Positions 34,479 through 46,672 are shown, counted from the first letter of the stretch. The stretch is DNA of 62,442 nucleotides from Chromatiales bacterium (GCA_026982475.1 JALSHB010000126.1:1-62442); one strand, 5' to 3'. Numbers and translations are program-made. The notes: generated from the letters alone by a model not told the origin.

Positions 34479-34556
34479 GAAGGGCATCCTGGCGAGCAGG
34501 GGGGAGGCAGCTTCAGCCACAAATCCCCACATTGCAATCGTGCAACATATGGGCTA

Positions 34557-34576
34557 TATAATGTAACAGATGTTAC
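34557..34576. promoter_or_regulatory. TA promoter -10 (TATAAT 34557-34562) followed directly by an operator palindrome GTAACA-GA-TGTTAC (34563-34576)
   Basis: Read directly from ctatataatgtaacagatgttactac. TTGCAA at 34532-34537 is a possible -35. Confidence 0.5.
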
Positions 34577-34590
34577 TACTGGAGCCCGAA

Positions 34591-35016
34591 ATGGCCTTGC
34601 CCACCCCCCAGGACACCCTTGGTCCCAACAGCCCCAGCGCGGATATCCACAGCAAAGAGCGTCGCCAGGGCCTCGCCCGCATGATCATGCAGCTGTTCCA
34701 GCACTGGCAGCTCGGCAACGAGGAACAGCTGGACCTGCTCGGCCTCGACGCCGGCAGCCGCACCACCCTCGCCCGCTACCGCAAGGGCCAACCCCTGGGC
34801 AGCAACCGCGACCTGCTGGACCGCGTCGGCCACCTGCTCAGCATCCACAAATCCCTGCGCCTGCTGTTCCCCCACAACCGCGAACTGGCCTACGCCTGGA
34901 TGCGCACGCCCAACCGGGCCTTCGACAATCTCAGCCCGGTGCAGGTGGTGCGCCAGCACGGCTTCGCCGGCCTGCTCATGCTGCGCAGCTACCTCGACCA
35001 GGCGCGCGGCCAGTGA
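34591..35016 (+). CDS. Xre/ParS/MbcA-type antitoxin (DUF2384 toxin-binding C-terminal domain)
   Basis: ATG at 34591 with GGAG 6 nt upstream (the ORF track starts at 34570). C-terminal [33 protein letters not shown] matches the DUF2384 pattern. Confidence 0.8.
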   Translation: MALPTPQDTLGPNSPSADIHSKERRQGLARMIMQLFQHWQLGNEEQLDLLGLDAGSRTTLARYRKGQPLGSNRDLLDRVGHLLSIHKSLRLLFPHNRELAYAWMRTPNRAFDNLSPVQVVRQHGFAGLLMLRSYLDQARGQ

Positions 35017-35759
35017 TCGACCGCTTCCTCAGCGAACTCTGCAGCATCGACTACCACGGCGACTGGCTGCGCAACATCGTCAGCCTGCGCGAATCGCAAA
35101 ACCTGTTCGACGACCTCAGCGACCAGCCCGCCGACTGGCACACCGCCATCGCCGCCGAACTCGCCGCCAAGCCCGCCGATTTCGGCGCCACCCCCATCAT
35201 CAACCGCCCCTTCGAGCAGGCCCGCTACTGCGCCGCCATCCGCTACCCCTTCGAAAACTTGAACCGCAGCCGCTACTCCGACGGCCGTTTCGGCGTCTGG
35301 TACGGCGCCGACCGCGTCGAAACCAGCATCTTCGAAACCGCCCATCACTGGCTGCGATTCCTCCACGACGCCGACTTCCAACAACAACCGAAGACCATCA
35401 TCGGCGAACGCCGCATCTTTCAGGTGCAATGCGACGGCCTGTTGTTCGACTTCCGCCCCAAGCTGGCCGACTACCCCCAGCTGGCCACCGCCGGCGAATA
35501 CCACCTCTGCCAGCAGATCGGCCAGCGCCTGCACCGCGAGGGACACCCCGGGCTCATCACCCGCTCCGCCCACTGCGAGGGCGACATCGGCGTCATCTTC
35601 ACGCCGAAGATCCTCTCCAACCCCCGCGACCACTGCTACCTCGACTATCGCTACGATCCCGATGCCCGGGAAATCACGGTCATTCGCAACCCAGAAAAGA
35701 CCTTCCTCACCTTGAACGTGCAGGACGATGGCACCCTGCGGGCCGTGGGCCGCGGATGA
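35013..35759 (+). CDS. RES-domain toxin (NAD+-targeting ParT/MbcT family)
   Basis: 248 aa. GTGA overlap with the antitoxin stop. [23 protein letters not shown] ... [17 protein letters not shown] supplies the R, E and S positions. Confidence 0.8.
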   Translation: MIDRFLSELCSIDYHGDWLRNIVSLRESQNLFDDLSDQPADWHTAIAAELAAKPADFGATPIINRPFEQARYCAAIRYPFENLNRSRYSDGRFGVWYGADRVETSIFETAHHWLRFLHDADFQQQPKTIIGERRIFQVQCDGLLFDFRPKLADYPQLATAGEYHLCQQIGQRLHREGHPGLITRSAHCEGDIGVIFTPKILSNPRDHCYLDYRYDPDAREITVIRNPEKTFLTLNVQDDGTLRAVGRG

Positions 35760-35841
35760 GGCCACCCCGCCGAGCAGCGCTTACCGCTCGCACCGATGGT
35801 CCCACCCTGCAGGCGGCCACTGCTGGCGGCCTGCGATGTCA

Positions 35842-36195
35842 TCAAAAAATCCGCCCGTCCCGCGGCGCCTCCCTGGCCGCGTTCTCTTCCTTGCCCTTCA
35901 AGGCCTCGAGGGCATCGGCCGCCCCTTCACGGGTTGCCTGCAAGAGCTCGTCGGCCTTTTCCCTGCTCCACTCCGAGGCCCTGGCCGCGCCTTCCCGTGT
36001 GGCGTCCCAGGCAGCGGCGGATTTTTCCCTGCTCCACGCGGCGGCCTCCTCGGCGCCTTTGCGGGTCGCCTCCAGGCCCTTGCTGGCGGTCTGCCTGGCC
36101 TTGTCCCAAAGGCTCTCTTCGGCCTGGGCGAAGGCGGGGAAAATGAACAGGGCACTAAGTATCAGGGTCGGGACTATGTGTGGGATGTGTTTCAT
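35842..36195 (-). CDS. small secreted protein with three amphipathic repeats of about 22 aa
   Basis: 117 aa. GAGAGG RBS, signal peptide ...FPAFA/QA, repeats ATR(K/E)GA..A..WSREK. Confidence 0.6.
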   Translation of the reverse strand: MKHIPHIVPTLILSALFIFPAFAQAEESLWDKARQTASKGLEATRKGAEEAAAWSREKSAAAWDATREGAARASEWSREKADELLQATREGAADALEALKGKEENAAREAPRDGRIF

Positions 36196-36249
36196 TTCAG
36201 CCTCTCAATCGATGGTTGTCTTGCGGGTTTGCGCCGAGCGCTTATTTTT

Positions 36250-36279
36250 GTAGGAGCGGACCCGAGGGGTCGCTCCTAC
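36250..36279. repeat. REP-like hairpin gtaggagcg...cgctcctac overlapping the stop of the SDR gene
   Basis: gtaggagcggacccgaggggtcgctcctac. The TAG stop (36276-36278, minus strand) lies in the right arm. Confidence 0.75.
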
Positions 36280-37151
36280 GGGGCGGTTTTCAGGGCGGCC
36301 AGGCCGGCGGCCAGGTCGGGATAGCGCAGTTCGACGCCCAGTTCCTCGCGCATCTTTCGGTTGTCCACGCGGCGCGATTCCCGCAGATAGGACAGCATGC
36401 CGGCGCTCATGACCCTTTCCGCCTCGGCGCGCGACACGACGGGCGGCGGCGGCAGGCCCAGGGCCGCGGCGACATCGAGGAAGTATTGCGACATGGTGCC
36501 GGGGTGGCCGTCGGCGACATTGAAGACGTCACCGGCGACACCCCTTTCCGCCGCGGCGACACAGATCCGGGCGAGGTCGTCCTGGTGGATGCGGTTGGTG
36601 TAGGGCGAATCGGACGGCGCCAGAATGGGCAGGCCCTTTTCCAGCCGCGCCACCGGCAGACGGCCGGGGCCGTAGATGCCGCCGACGCGCAGGATGACGA
36701 AGGGCACGCCCGTTTCTCCGCCCCAATGGCGCAGGCTGTTTTCGGCATCCAGCCGCCGCCGGCCCCGGGCGGTCTGCGGCCGTGGCGCCTGAGCCTCGGT
36801 GATCCAGGCGCCCCGGCAGTCGCCGTACACGGCGGTGGTGCTGATGAGTATCAGCTTCACCGGCGCTGTTGCGGGATCGATGGCGGCGAGAAAATTACGC
36901 AGCAGGGGATCGTGCTCTCCCTGCGCCGGCGGTGGCGCAAAGTAGAAGATCACGGCCCCCGTCGTGGGCAGATCCCGTAGCGATGCGCAATCCGCCAGGT
37001 CGCCATGCACGGGCTCGATACCCCCGGCGCGCAGTCGTGCCGCGCTGGCTTCGCTGCGCGCCAGCCCACGCACGCGGTGGCCCCGCGCCCGGTACCGTTG
37101 CGCCACGCGCTGGCCGATATCGCCACAGCCGGCAATCAATACCGGATTCAT
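36276..37151 (-). CDS. NAD(P)-dependent epimerase/dehydratase-family (extended SDR) protein
   Basis: 291 aa. N-terminal IAGCGDIG Rossmann motif. Confidence 0.7.
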   Translation of the reverse strand: MNPVLIAGCGDIGQRVAQRYRARGHRVRGLARSEASAARLRAGGIEPVHGDLADCASLRDLPTTGAVIFYFAPPPAQGEHDPLLRNFLAAIDPATAPVKLILISTTAVYGDCRGAWITEAQAPRPQTARGRRRLDAENSLRHWGGETGVPFVILRVGGIYGPGRLPVARLEKGLPILAPSDSPYTNRIHQDDLARICVAAAERGVAGDVFNVADGHPGTMSQYFLDVAAALGLPPPPVVSRAEAERVMSAGMLSYLRESRRVDNRKMREELGVELRYPDLAAGLAALKTAP

Positions 37152-37229
37152 TGGTGGTTCTCGTCCCTGGCTTCGCGCATAATGACCGTTCCAAAATACC
37201 TGTTCGTTTTACTCTGGTTAACCCTCACG

Positions 37230-38261
37230 ATGACCTTTACCGTCTACCTCGAGCCCAGCGGGCATCATTTTGACATCGATCCCGACGAGACGATCCTCGA
37301 TGCCGCCCTGCGCCACGGCCACGCCTTTCCCTATGGCTGTCGAAGCGGCATTTGCGGCGCCTGTCAGGGGCGGCTGCTCGAGGGTGAGCTGAATTATGCC
37401 ACGGATCGGCCGCCCCCCCCGGGTGCCAGGGACATGCCTCGCGGAACGACATTCTTCTGCCAGGCGCGTGCCGCCTCCGACCTGATCATCGAGGTCAAGG
37501 AGATCACCGCGGTGGAGAACCTGACGGTGAAGACCCTGCCCGTGTTGGTGCAGACAAAGGAACAGCTGGCCGACGACGTGATGCGGCTCTATCTCAAGCT
37601 GCCACAGGACGAGCACCTGCGATTCCTCGCCGGGCAGTACATCGATATCTTGATGAAGGACGGCCGCCGGCGCAGTTTTTCCATCGCCAACATGCCACGC
37701 AACGACCATTTGCTGGAGCTGCACATCCGCCACGTCGAGGGCGGGGACTTTACCGGCTATATCTTCGAGCAGCTGCGCGAAAAGGACGTGCTGCGCATCG
37801 AAGGGCCGCACGGCAATTTCTTCCTGCGCGAGAATTCCACCCGGCCGCTGCTGTTCGTCGCCGGCGGCACCGGCTTTGCGCCGGTGAAGTCCATTCTCGA
37901 ACATGCCTTCGTCGAGGAGATGTCGCAGTCCATGCGACTGTACTGGGGGGTGCGTGGTGAGGCGGATCTGTACCTGGATGCCTTGCCGCGGCAGTGGGCA
38001 CAGCAACATCCCGACTTCCGCTACCTGCCGGTGCTTTCCGAGGCCCCGCCACACTGGCAGGGTTCGACAGGCTATGTGCACGAGGCGGTGATCGCCGACC
38101 TGGCGGCCAGGAACGAGGATTTCTCGGCCTTCGATGTCTACGTCTGTGGCCCGCCGGCGATGGTCAGGGCCGCCTTCGCGGCCTTCCGCGAGCACGGCCT
38201 CGATGAGGCGCGTTTCTATTCCGATGCGTTCGAGTTTCAGGCGCCGAAGACCGGCGGCTGA
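37230..38261 (+). CDS. 2Fe-2S ferredoxin + FNR-like flavin reductase (CDP-6-deoxy-3,4-glucoseen reductase-like)
   Basis: Starts at MTFTVYLEPSGHHF (the ORF track start 37005 would overlap the divergent gene). Contains CRSGICGAC...C, RSFSIAN (RxYS FAD motif) and GGTGFAP. Confidence 0.8.
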   Translation: MTFTVYLEPSGHHFDIDPDETILDAALRHGHAFPYGCRSGICGACQGRLLEGELNYATDRPPPPGARDMPRGTTFFCQARAASDLIIEVKEITAVENLTVKTLPVLVQTKEQLADDVMRLYLKLPQDEHLRFLAGQYIDILMKDGRRRSFSIANMPRNDHLLELHIRHVEGGDFTGYIFEQLREKDVLRIEGPHGNFFLRENSTRPLLFVAGGTGFAPVKSILEHAFVEEMSQSMRLYWGVRGEADLYLDALPRQWAQQHPDFRYLPVLSEAPPHWQGSTGYVHEAVIADLAARNEDFSAFDVYVCGPPAMVRAAFAAFREHGLDEARFYSDAFEFQAPKTGG

Positions 38262-38315
38262 TCCCTCGCCGGCAACCGTAGCCGCAGCAGGCCGGGCCAC
38301 GACACAGCTCACCGC

Positions 38316-39608
38316 CTACGCGCTGGCGGCATCCAGCGGTTTGTCGGCGCTCAGTGGCTTGACGCTTGCCGGCGCCTCGATCGCCGGCGTCACATGCTCC
38401 ACCACATCGACCTCGGCGGCCACCGGCGGCTCACAGCAGGGCGCCAGGCGCAGCGCTTCCCGGTAGCAGGCCAGGGCGGTGTCCCGATCGCCCATCTTGT
38501 CCAGCAGGGTGCCCAGCTCCAGGAAGGCATCGGCATTGGGCTGGGCATTGATGCTGGCCTCGAGATAGCTGCGCGCCTTGCCCCACAGGCCGTTGCGCAG
38601 ACACAGCCGCCCCGCCGTCAACAGGGCCGTCGCATCCGATTGATGCCCCGCCAGGAAGGATTCGGCCTGGATCAGCTGGCGCGTCAGATCCATGCCCTTG
38701 ATGAGGCCGTACATTCTCAGCAGGGCATCACTGCGGTGACGCTTGATCGCGTTGCGCAACAGGGGCTCTCCCTCGCCATCCCTGCCGAACTCCCTCAGCC
38801 TCTGCATATAGGTCAGCAGCAGGGTCTCATCGTCGCGCAGCGCCTTTGGCACCCTGGACCAGATCAGTATCAGCGTATCTGCGTCTGCGCTTTCCTTGAG
38901 CAGGGCGGTATAGGCCTCCAGCGCCATGGCGTCGAGCGCCTGCCGGTCAAACACCTTGTGCTTGCGCAACCTGGGCAGCAGCTCGATGAGGTTATTCCAT
39001 TCGCCCAGCTCCCGGTACAGCCTGCCCAGTGGCTTGAGCACCTGCGGGTTGCCCGGCTCCATCTGGCAGAGGCGATGCAGTGTGGCCAGCGCCTGTTCCT
39101 TCTGGTTCTGGCTCAACAGCAGTTCCACCTGGGTTAGACCCACGGCGATATCCGCCTGCCCCGGATTCTCATGCGCCAGTTGCAGGTAACGATCCCGCCG
39201 CTCTTCGGCGCCCTGTTCCTGCGCGGCGCGGGCGGCGACCAGATAGTTGAGAATCGGCGTCTCGCTCTGTCGGGCATACTTCAGCATGTGCCGCTCCGCC
39301 TGCCGCCATTTTCCTTCGGCCAGCTCGATCAGCCCGTAGGTCAGCGCCTTCTGCGCCTTTTTCTGCTTGCGGTGCTTGCGCCAACTCACCACGCTGCGCG
39401 GCATGGACCACAGGCGCACGATCAAGCGAATGACGACATAGAGCACGGCAAAGACCACCAGAAGGGAAAATATCAGCAACGCCAGGGTGGTCTCGATGCG
39501 CCAGGGACCCGTGGCGATGAGGACATAGCCGGGGTTGTCCTTGATCAGCAGGGCCAGCGCCACGCCGACGACAAGGGCGAGAAGAGAGATCAGCAGCAAC
39601 TTGATCAT
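38316..39608 (-). CDS. hemY: HemY-like membrane TPR protein
   Basis: 430 aa. Two N-terminal TM segments plus TPR repeats. ATGA overlap with hemX. Confidence 0.8.
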   Translation of the reverse strand: MIKLLLISLLALVVGVALALLIKDNPGYVLIATGPWRIETTLALLIFSLLVVFAVLYVVIRLIVRLWSMPRSVVSWRKHRKQKKAQKALTYGLIELAEGKWRQAERHMLKYARQSETPILNYLVAARAAQEQGAEERRDRYLQLAHENPGQADIAVGLTQVELLLSQNQKEQALATLHRLCQMEPGNPQVLKPLGRLYRELGEWNNLIELLPRLRKHKVFDRQALDAMALEAYTALLKESADADTLILIWSRVPKALRDDETLLLTYMQRLREFGRDGEGEPLLRNAIKRHRSDALLRMYGLIKGMDLTRQLIQAESFLAGHQSDATALLTAGRLCLRNGLWGKARSYLEASINAQPNADAFLELGTLLDKMGDRDTALACYREALRLAPCCEPPVAAEVDVVEHVTPAIEAPASVKPLSADKPLDAASA

Positions 39609-40984
39609 GGTTCATCACCCCCGCGTTGCACGGGCTCGACCGCTACGCCCAGGCTCTCCATGTGCTTGCGCAGAATGCGCAAGGATTCACTGACATCCGG
39701 CAGGCTGGGACGCAGATCCGCCTGCTTCAGCTGCTGCAGGGATTCCAGCATTCCCTTCACCGCGGCGGACTCGGTGTTGAAATAGGCCTTGAGCCACTCG
39801 CCGGCCTCGTCCAGCAACTGATGGTAGAGGGACGTCTCAAAGCGCAGCAGGCTGAGTCGCGCCTGCTCCAGCTTCAGCTTGAGATTCTGCCGCAGGTACC
39901 ACTCTTCCGAAGGCGGCAGCAGGGGCTCGATGGGCTTGTCGACCCGGCGCACCACCACCAGGTCACGAAGGTCCCGCCACACCGCGCCGGGTATCGCGGA
40001 CCAGTCCAGGGACTGGTAGTCCTCCTTGCTGCTGGTGACCGCTGGGCCGGCGCTGCGGGCGGGCTGGGTATTCTGCAAGGGCAGGCTATCCACCGCCTCG
40101 GCGAGACTGGCCAGGCTCAGGGCCATGCCGGTGATGTCGGGCTCGGCCACCGCCTTCAGCGCCGTAATCTCATCGGCAATGGCCTGGCGCACCGGCACGA
40201 AGGCGGGATCGCCAATGGCGCGCAGCTTCTGATCCGCGGTCTGCAGGGCTATCAGCGCGGTATGCGGATCGCGTTCCAGGGTCAGGCGGGTGTTGGCGAC
40301 AATGAGCAGATACTCCACCTCCGCCAGACGCCAGGCCAGGGTAGTGCGGCCCAGCGTCGCGGCCATCTCCGTCATCCTGGTGTTCAGCGCCTGTTGTTCG
40401 GCCTCGATGCGCTGGCGCACGCTGGCGGCGCTGTCCACCTCGCTGCGGATTGCCTCGACCGCCTGGTTCAGGGCCTCAAGCTGTGTCAGCCGCTGCTGAT
40501 TGGCGGCGATCTTCGCCTGGTTGCCATCGAGGCTCGATTGCAATTCGCCAAGGCGTTCCTCCAGCGCGGCGCTCTGCTGCTGCCCCTGCAGATAGAGCTG
40601 GTAGACACCCAGTGCCGCCAGGATGGCCAGCAGCAGGGCCAGGCTGCCGATCCACAGGCTGGCCGCTGAGCCTTTCTTCTCCTCCACCTGGCCTGGCGCG
40701 GTGGGTTTTGATGCGGCGCCGGGCGGCTTCTTTTCCGTCTGCTTGGTGGTATCCGTCTTTTTTGCCGCGGCGCTGGCGGGTGGCCTCTCACGACTCGGCG
40801 GCTTTTTTCCCACCGTCTCCCCAGGCTTCTTCTGCGCCGGTTTGTCGACGGCCTTCGGCAGGTCTTTTTGCGCCGTGACGTCTGCCCCTGACTGAGCGGC
40901 CTGATCAACGCCGGATTGGTCTTTCGAGAGCTTGTCATTTTCCGGCTTTGCTGGCTTGTTCTTTGGAGTGTCTTGATCTTTCAT
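39605..40984 (-). CDS. hemX: HemX-like membrane protein
   Basis: Start MKDQDTPK at 40984 (ATGA overlap with the hemD stop; the ORF track extends to 41005). K/P-rich N-terminus, one TM, coiled coil. Confidence 0.75.
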   Translation of the reverse strand: MKDQDTPKNKPAKPENDKLSKDQSGVDQAAQSGADVTAQKDLPKAVDKPAQKKPGETVGKKPPSRERPPASAAAKKTDTTKQTEKKPPGAASKPTAPGQVEEKKGSAASLWIGSLALLLAILAALGVYQLYLQGQQQSAALEERLGELQSSLDGNQAKIAANQQRLTQLEALNQAVEAIRSEVDSAASVRQRIEAEQQALNTRMTEMAATLGRTTLAWRLAEVEYLLIVANTRLTLERDPHTALIALQTADQKLRAIGDPAFVPVRQAIADEITALKAVAEPDITGMALSLASLAEAVDSLPLQNTQPARSAGPAVTSSKEDYQSLDWSAIPGAVWRDLRDLVVVRRVDKPIEPLLPPSEEWYLRQNLKLKLEQARLSLLRFETSLYHQLLDEAGEWLKAYFNTESAAVKGMLESLQQLKQADLRPSLPDVSESLRILRKHMESLGVAVEPVQRGGDEP

Positions 40985-41772
40985 CTCGATTCCTGCGCAT
41001 AGCACTTTGCGGCCTCAAGCAGCGCGGCGTCACTGGCCGCTCTGGCGACGATCACCGGACGCGTAAAGCCCAGTTCCCGCGCCAACGTGGCGCTGCGTTC
41101 ACTGATGACTACCAGTACGGTCTCCAGCAGATGCCCCCGGTGGCTGGCGTCCACCCTGGCGAAGAGATTCCGCAGGCCTTCATTGCTGGTAATGATGATC
41201 ATATCGAGCCGGCCCTCGTCCCAGGCCCGATACAACGGTTCCGGGTCACTGCCGCTCGCCACGCGGCGGTATACCTCGGCATAGTCCACCTGCGCCCCGC
41301 GCTCGCTGAGCGTATCGGCCAGCAGGCTGCGGCCATGGCCGCCGCGAAAGATGATGATCCGTTTCCCCTGCAGTGAGTGAAGCTCGGGCAGGGCCAGCAG
41401 GGCCTCGGAGTTATAGGGCGCCGCGGGCAGAATATGGGCCGGCTGGCCGTGCGCCGCCAGGGCCCGTGCCGTGGCCTCGCCGACGGCGGCGCGCCGCAGG
41501 CCATGCGGCAACGGCTGGTCGCCCAGGGCTTGATAGGTGTGGTGCACGGCATTGGCGCTGATGAAAATGCCAAGCTGGTAGTCGCCGAGGTTTTGCAGGC
41601 GGGCCCGCAGCGGCGCCATGTCCGGCGGGGGGAGGATGTCGATGACGGGAAAGCGGAGGGCCTGGCCACCCTCGGCCTCGATCGACCGGCACAGATTGTC
41701 TGCCTGTCGGGCCGGACGGGTCACGGCAATGGTGAAACCATCGAGGGTGCCGTGAAGGGTGTCCGCCAACAT
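40981..41772 (-). CDS. hemD: uroporphyrinogen-III synthase
   Basis: 263 aa. The call rests on the position between hemC and hemX and on HemD-like sequence. Confidence 0.8.
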   Translation of the reverse strand: MLADTLHGTLDGFTIAVTRPARQADNLCRSIEAEGGQALRFPVIDILPPPDMAPLRARLQNLGDYQLGIFISANAVHHTYQALGDQPLPHGLRRAAVGEATARALAAHGQPAHILPAAPYNSEALLALPELHSLQGKRIIIFRGGHGRSLLADTLSERGAQVDYAEVYRRVASGSDPEPLYRAWDEGRLDMIIITSNEGLRNLFARVDASHRGHLLETVLVVISERSATLARELGFTRPVIVARAASDAALLEAAKCYAQESR

Positions 41773-41828
41773 CGGTAGTCAGCGCTTACTTCGCCGAAAG
41801 CCGGCGTGTTTTGTTCATGTATTCGGCC

Positions 41829-42758
41829 TCAGACATGGGCATACACCTCTTTGAGGATCGCGCCGGCGCCGCGTGACAGCAGGTCCTCGGCCAGTGCCGT
41901 GCCAAGCTTCTCGGCCTCCGCCGCCGGGCCCTCGATCTCGCCACGAATCACTTCCTGGCCGTCGGGACGTCCCACCAGTCCGCGCAGGCGCAGGCGATCG
42001 CCATCCAGCTCGGCGAAACCGGCGATGGGTACCTGACAGCCACCCTCAAGGCGCTGGTTCATGGCGCGTTCGGCCAGCACGCAGGTCCGCGTGTGACTGT
42101 CGTTGAGGTGGGCGATGAGCTCGTGGATACGCGCGTCGTCGCTGCGCGTCTCGATGCCCACCGCACCCTGACCGATGGCCGGCAGGCTCTGCTCGGTGCT
42201 CAGGCAGCTGCGGATGCGGTCTTCGAAACCGAGGCGCTTGAGGCCAGCGCTGGCGAGGATGATGGCGTCGTAGTCGCCCTCGTCGAGCTTGCGCAGGCGG
42301 GTATTGACGTTGCCGCGCAGGTCGAGGATGTCGAGGTCGGGACGCGCGGCGCGCAGCTGGCACTGGCGGCGCAGGCTGGAGGTGCCGACGCGGGCGCCCT
42401 GCGGCAGTGCGTCGAGGCCGGCATGGGTATTGGAGACGAAGGCGTCGCGCGGATCTTCACGCTCGCAGATCACCGCCAGGTGCAGGCCCTCGGGAAACTC
42501 CACCGGCACGTCCTTCATGGAGTGCACGGCGATGTCCGCGTCGCCGCGCAGCATGCCCTGCTCCAGCTCCTTGACGAACAACCCCTTGCCACCCACCTTG
42601 GCCAGCGGGGTGTCGAGAATCTTGTCTCCCTGGGTGACCATTTTCACCAGCTCAATCTGCAAATCCGGGTATTTGGCCAACAGGCGGTCACGGACAAACT
42701 CGGCCTGCCAGAGGGCCAGGGGACTCTTGCGGGTGGCGATACGAACGATTTCGGTCAT
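41829..42758 (-). CDS. hemC: hydroxymethylbilane synthase
   Basis: 309 aa. Contains [13 protein letters not shown] and GTSSLRR. Confidence 0.95.
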   Translation of the reverse strand: MTEIVRIATRKSPLALWQAEFVRDRLLAKYPDLQIELVKMVTQGDKILDTPLAKVGGKGLFVKELEQGMLRGDADIAVHSMKDVPVEFPEGLHLAVICEREDPRDAFVSNTHAGLDALPQGARVGTSSLRRQCQLRAARPDLDILDLRGNVNTRLRKLDEGDYDAIILASAGLKRLGFEDRIRSCLSTEQSLPAIGQGAVGIETRSDDARIHELIAHLNDSHTRTCVLAERAMNQRLEGGCQVPIAGFAELDGDRLRLRGLVGRPDGQEVIRGEIEGPAAEAEKLGTALAEDLLSRGAGAILKEVYAHV

Positions 42759-42949
42759 TTTTTCAACTCTTTGATCAATGCTTCGACGCCAGCGCGACGG
42801 GCTGCGCCGGTAAAAATGGCCACCATGCTAAGGACTATATAGGATGCTGGCAACCGAATGTTCTCCGCAAGCCCGTCTATCCATTTAGAAATAGGCAGAA
42901 ATCTGCTATGATGCGCGGTTTTGCGGCCCCCTGAAACTAGGAAACTATT

Positions 42950-43957
42950 ATGCACACTGGTGAAACCTTTACCCAATTCATCATCGAAGAACAGCGCGGC
43001 GCCAAGCGTGCGTCTGGCGATTTTACGGCCCTGCTGAACGACGTTGTCACCGCCTGCAAGGCGATCTCCAGCTGTGTGAACCAGGGTGCGCTGGTCGGTG
43101 TGCTGGGTTCCGCCGGCAGCGAGAACATCCAGGGCGAGACCCAGAAGAAACTCGACATCCTCTCCAATGACATCTTCCTCAAGGCCAATCAGTGGGGCGG
43201 CCATCTGGGCGCCATGGCCTCCGAGGAAATGGATGACATCTACCCGATTCCGCCAGAATACCCCAAGGGCAAGTACCTGCTGACCTTCGACCCGCTGGAC
43301 GGCTCCAGCAACATCGACGTCAACCTGTCCGTGGGCAGCATCTTCTCCATCCTGCGCTGCCCCGAGGGTGTCGAGAACCCCACTGCGGAAGATTTCCTGC
43401 AGCCCGGCACCGAGCAGGTGTGCGGCGGCTTCACCCTCTACGGCCCCTCCACCATGCTGGTGCTGACCACTGGCAACGGCGTCAACGGCTTCACCCTGGA
43501 TCACAACGTGGGCGAGTTCATCCTCACCCACCCCAACATGACCATCCCCGAGGACACCGCCGAGTTCGCCATCAACATGTCCAATCAGCGCCATTGGGAG
43601 CCCCCCATGCAGCGTTACATCGAGGAATGCCTGGCCGGCACCACCGGCCCCCGCGGCAAGGACTTCAACATGCGCTGGGTGGCCTCCATGGTCGCCGAGG
43701 TGTACCGCATCCTCACCCGCGGCGGCATCTTCATGTATCCCAAGGACACCCGCGATCCCAGCAAGCCCGGCAAGCTGCGCCTGATGTACGAGGCCAACCC
43801 CATGGGCTTCATCGTCGAGCAGGCCGGCGGCCTCTGCTCCACGGGTCGTGAGCGCATCATGGAAATCCAGCCCGAGGGTCTGCACCAACGCGTGCCGGTG
43901 ATCCTCGGCTCCAGGAACGAGGTGGAGCGTGTGATCGAGTATCACAAGGAAGGCTGA
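42950..43957 (+). CDS. fbp: class 1 fructose-1,6-bisphosphatase
   Basis: 335 aa. Contains [10 protein letters not shown] and GGIFMYP. Confidence 0.95.
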   Translation: MHTGETFTQFIIEEQRGAKRASGDFTALLNDVVTACKAISSCVNQGALVGVLGSAGSENIQGETQKKLDILSNDIFLKANQWGGHLGAMASEEMDDIYPIPPEYPKGKYLLTFDPLDGSSNIDVNLSVGSIFSILRCPEGVENPTAEDFLQPGTEQVCGGFTLYGPSTMLVLTTGNGVNGFTLDHNVGEFILTHPNMTIPEDTAEFAINMSNQRHWEPPMQRYIEECLAGTTGPRGKDFNMRWVASMVAEVYRILTRGGIFMYPKDTRDPSKPGKLRLMYEANPMGFIVEQAGGLCSTGRERIMEIQPEGLHQRVPVILGSRNEVERVIEYHKEG

Positions 43958-43958
43958 A

Positions 43959-43989
43959 TGCTTAGTGCTTAGTGCTTAGTGCTTAGTGC
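43959..43989. repeat. tandem heptamer (tgcttag) x4.4 starting 2 nt after the fbp stop
   Basis: tgcttag tgcttag tgcttag tgcttag tgc, read directly. Confidence 0.95.
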
Positions 43990-44013
43990 AGCATGGCACA
44001 GGCCTGAAACAAG

Positions 44014-44050
44014 AAAAGGCGGTTACTGGAAGGTAACCGCCTTTTCTTTT
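44014..44050 (+). terminator. Rho-independent terminator after fbp
   Basis: aaaaggcggttac-tggaag-gtaaccgcctttt followed by cttttg. Confidence 0.85.
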
Positions 44051-44067
44051 GTCTTCAGAGACGCAAA

Positions 44068-44242
44068 CCCTGAATCCGTAGGTTCAGGGCGGATGAAGCG
44101 TGCAACGGCTTGGTGCGTATCGTGTAATAAAAAATCGAGGGAATAACGGGGATTATTGCCGAGATTTTTCATAGTGCGAGATGTATCAATGCGTTGTGCG
44201 ATTCGCCGTCATGAACCTACGGATTCAGGGTAAACGTTTACC
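44068..44242. repeat. MITE-like unit: two inverted copies of the CCTGAATCCGTAGGTTCAGG REP flanking a lower-GC core of about 120 bp
   Basis: ccctgaatccgtaggttcaggg (44068-44089) and tgaacctacggattcaggg+taaacgtttacc (44212-44242). It ends 6 nt from the gyrB stop. Confidence 0.5.
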
Positions 44243-44248
44243 AGCGTC

Positions 44249-46672
<2,424 letters not shown>

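Noticed and set aside
37005-37229. 75-codon N-terminal extension of the ferredoxin/FNR reductase ORF as listed in the track.
   Set aside because: It would overlap the divergent SDR gene start (37151) and encodes an R/A/P-rich string. Homologs start at the MxFxVxL.PSG ferredoxin beta-strand, which is the ATG at 37230.
43959-43989. CRISPR-like regular repeats.
   Set aside because: These are contiguous 7-bp units without spacers, and no cas genes are in the window.
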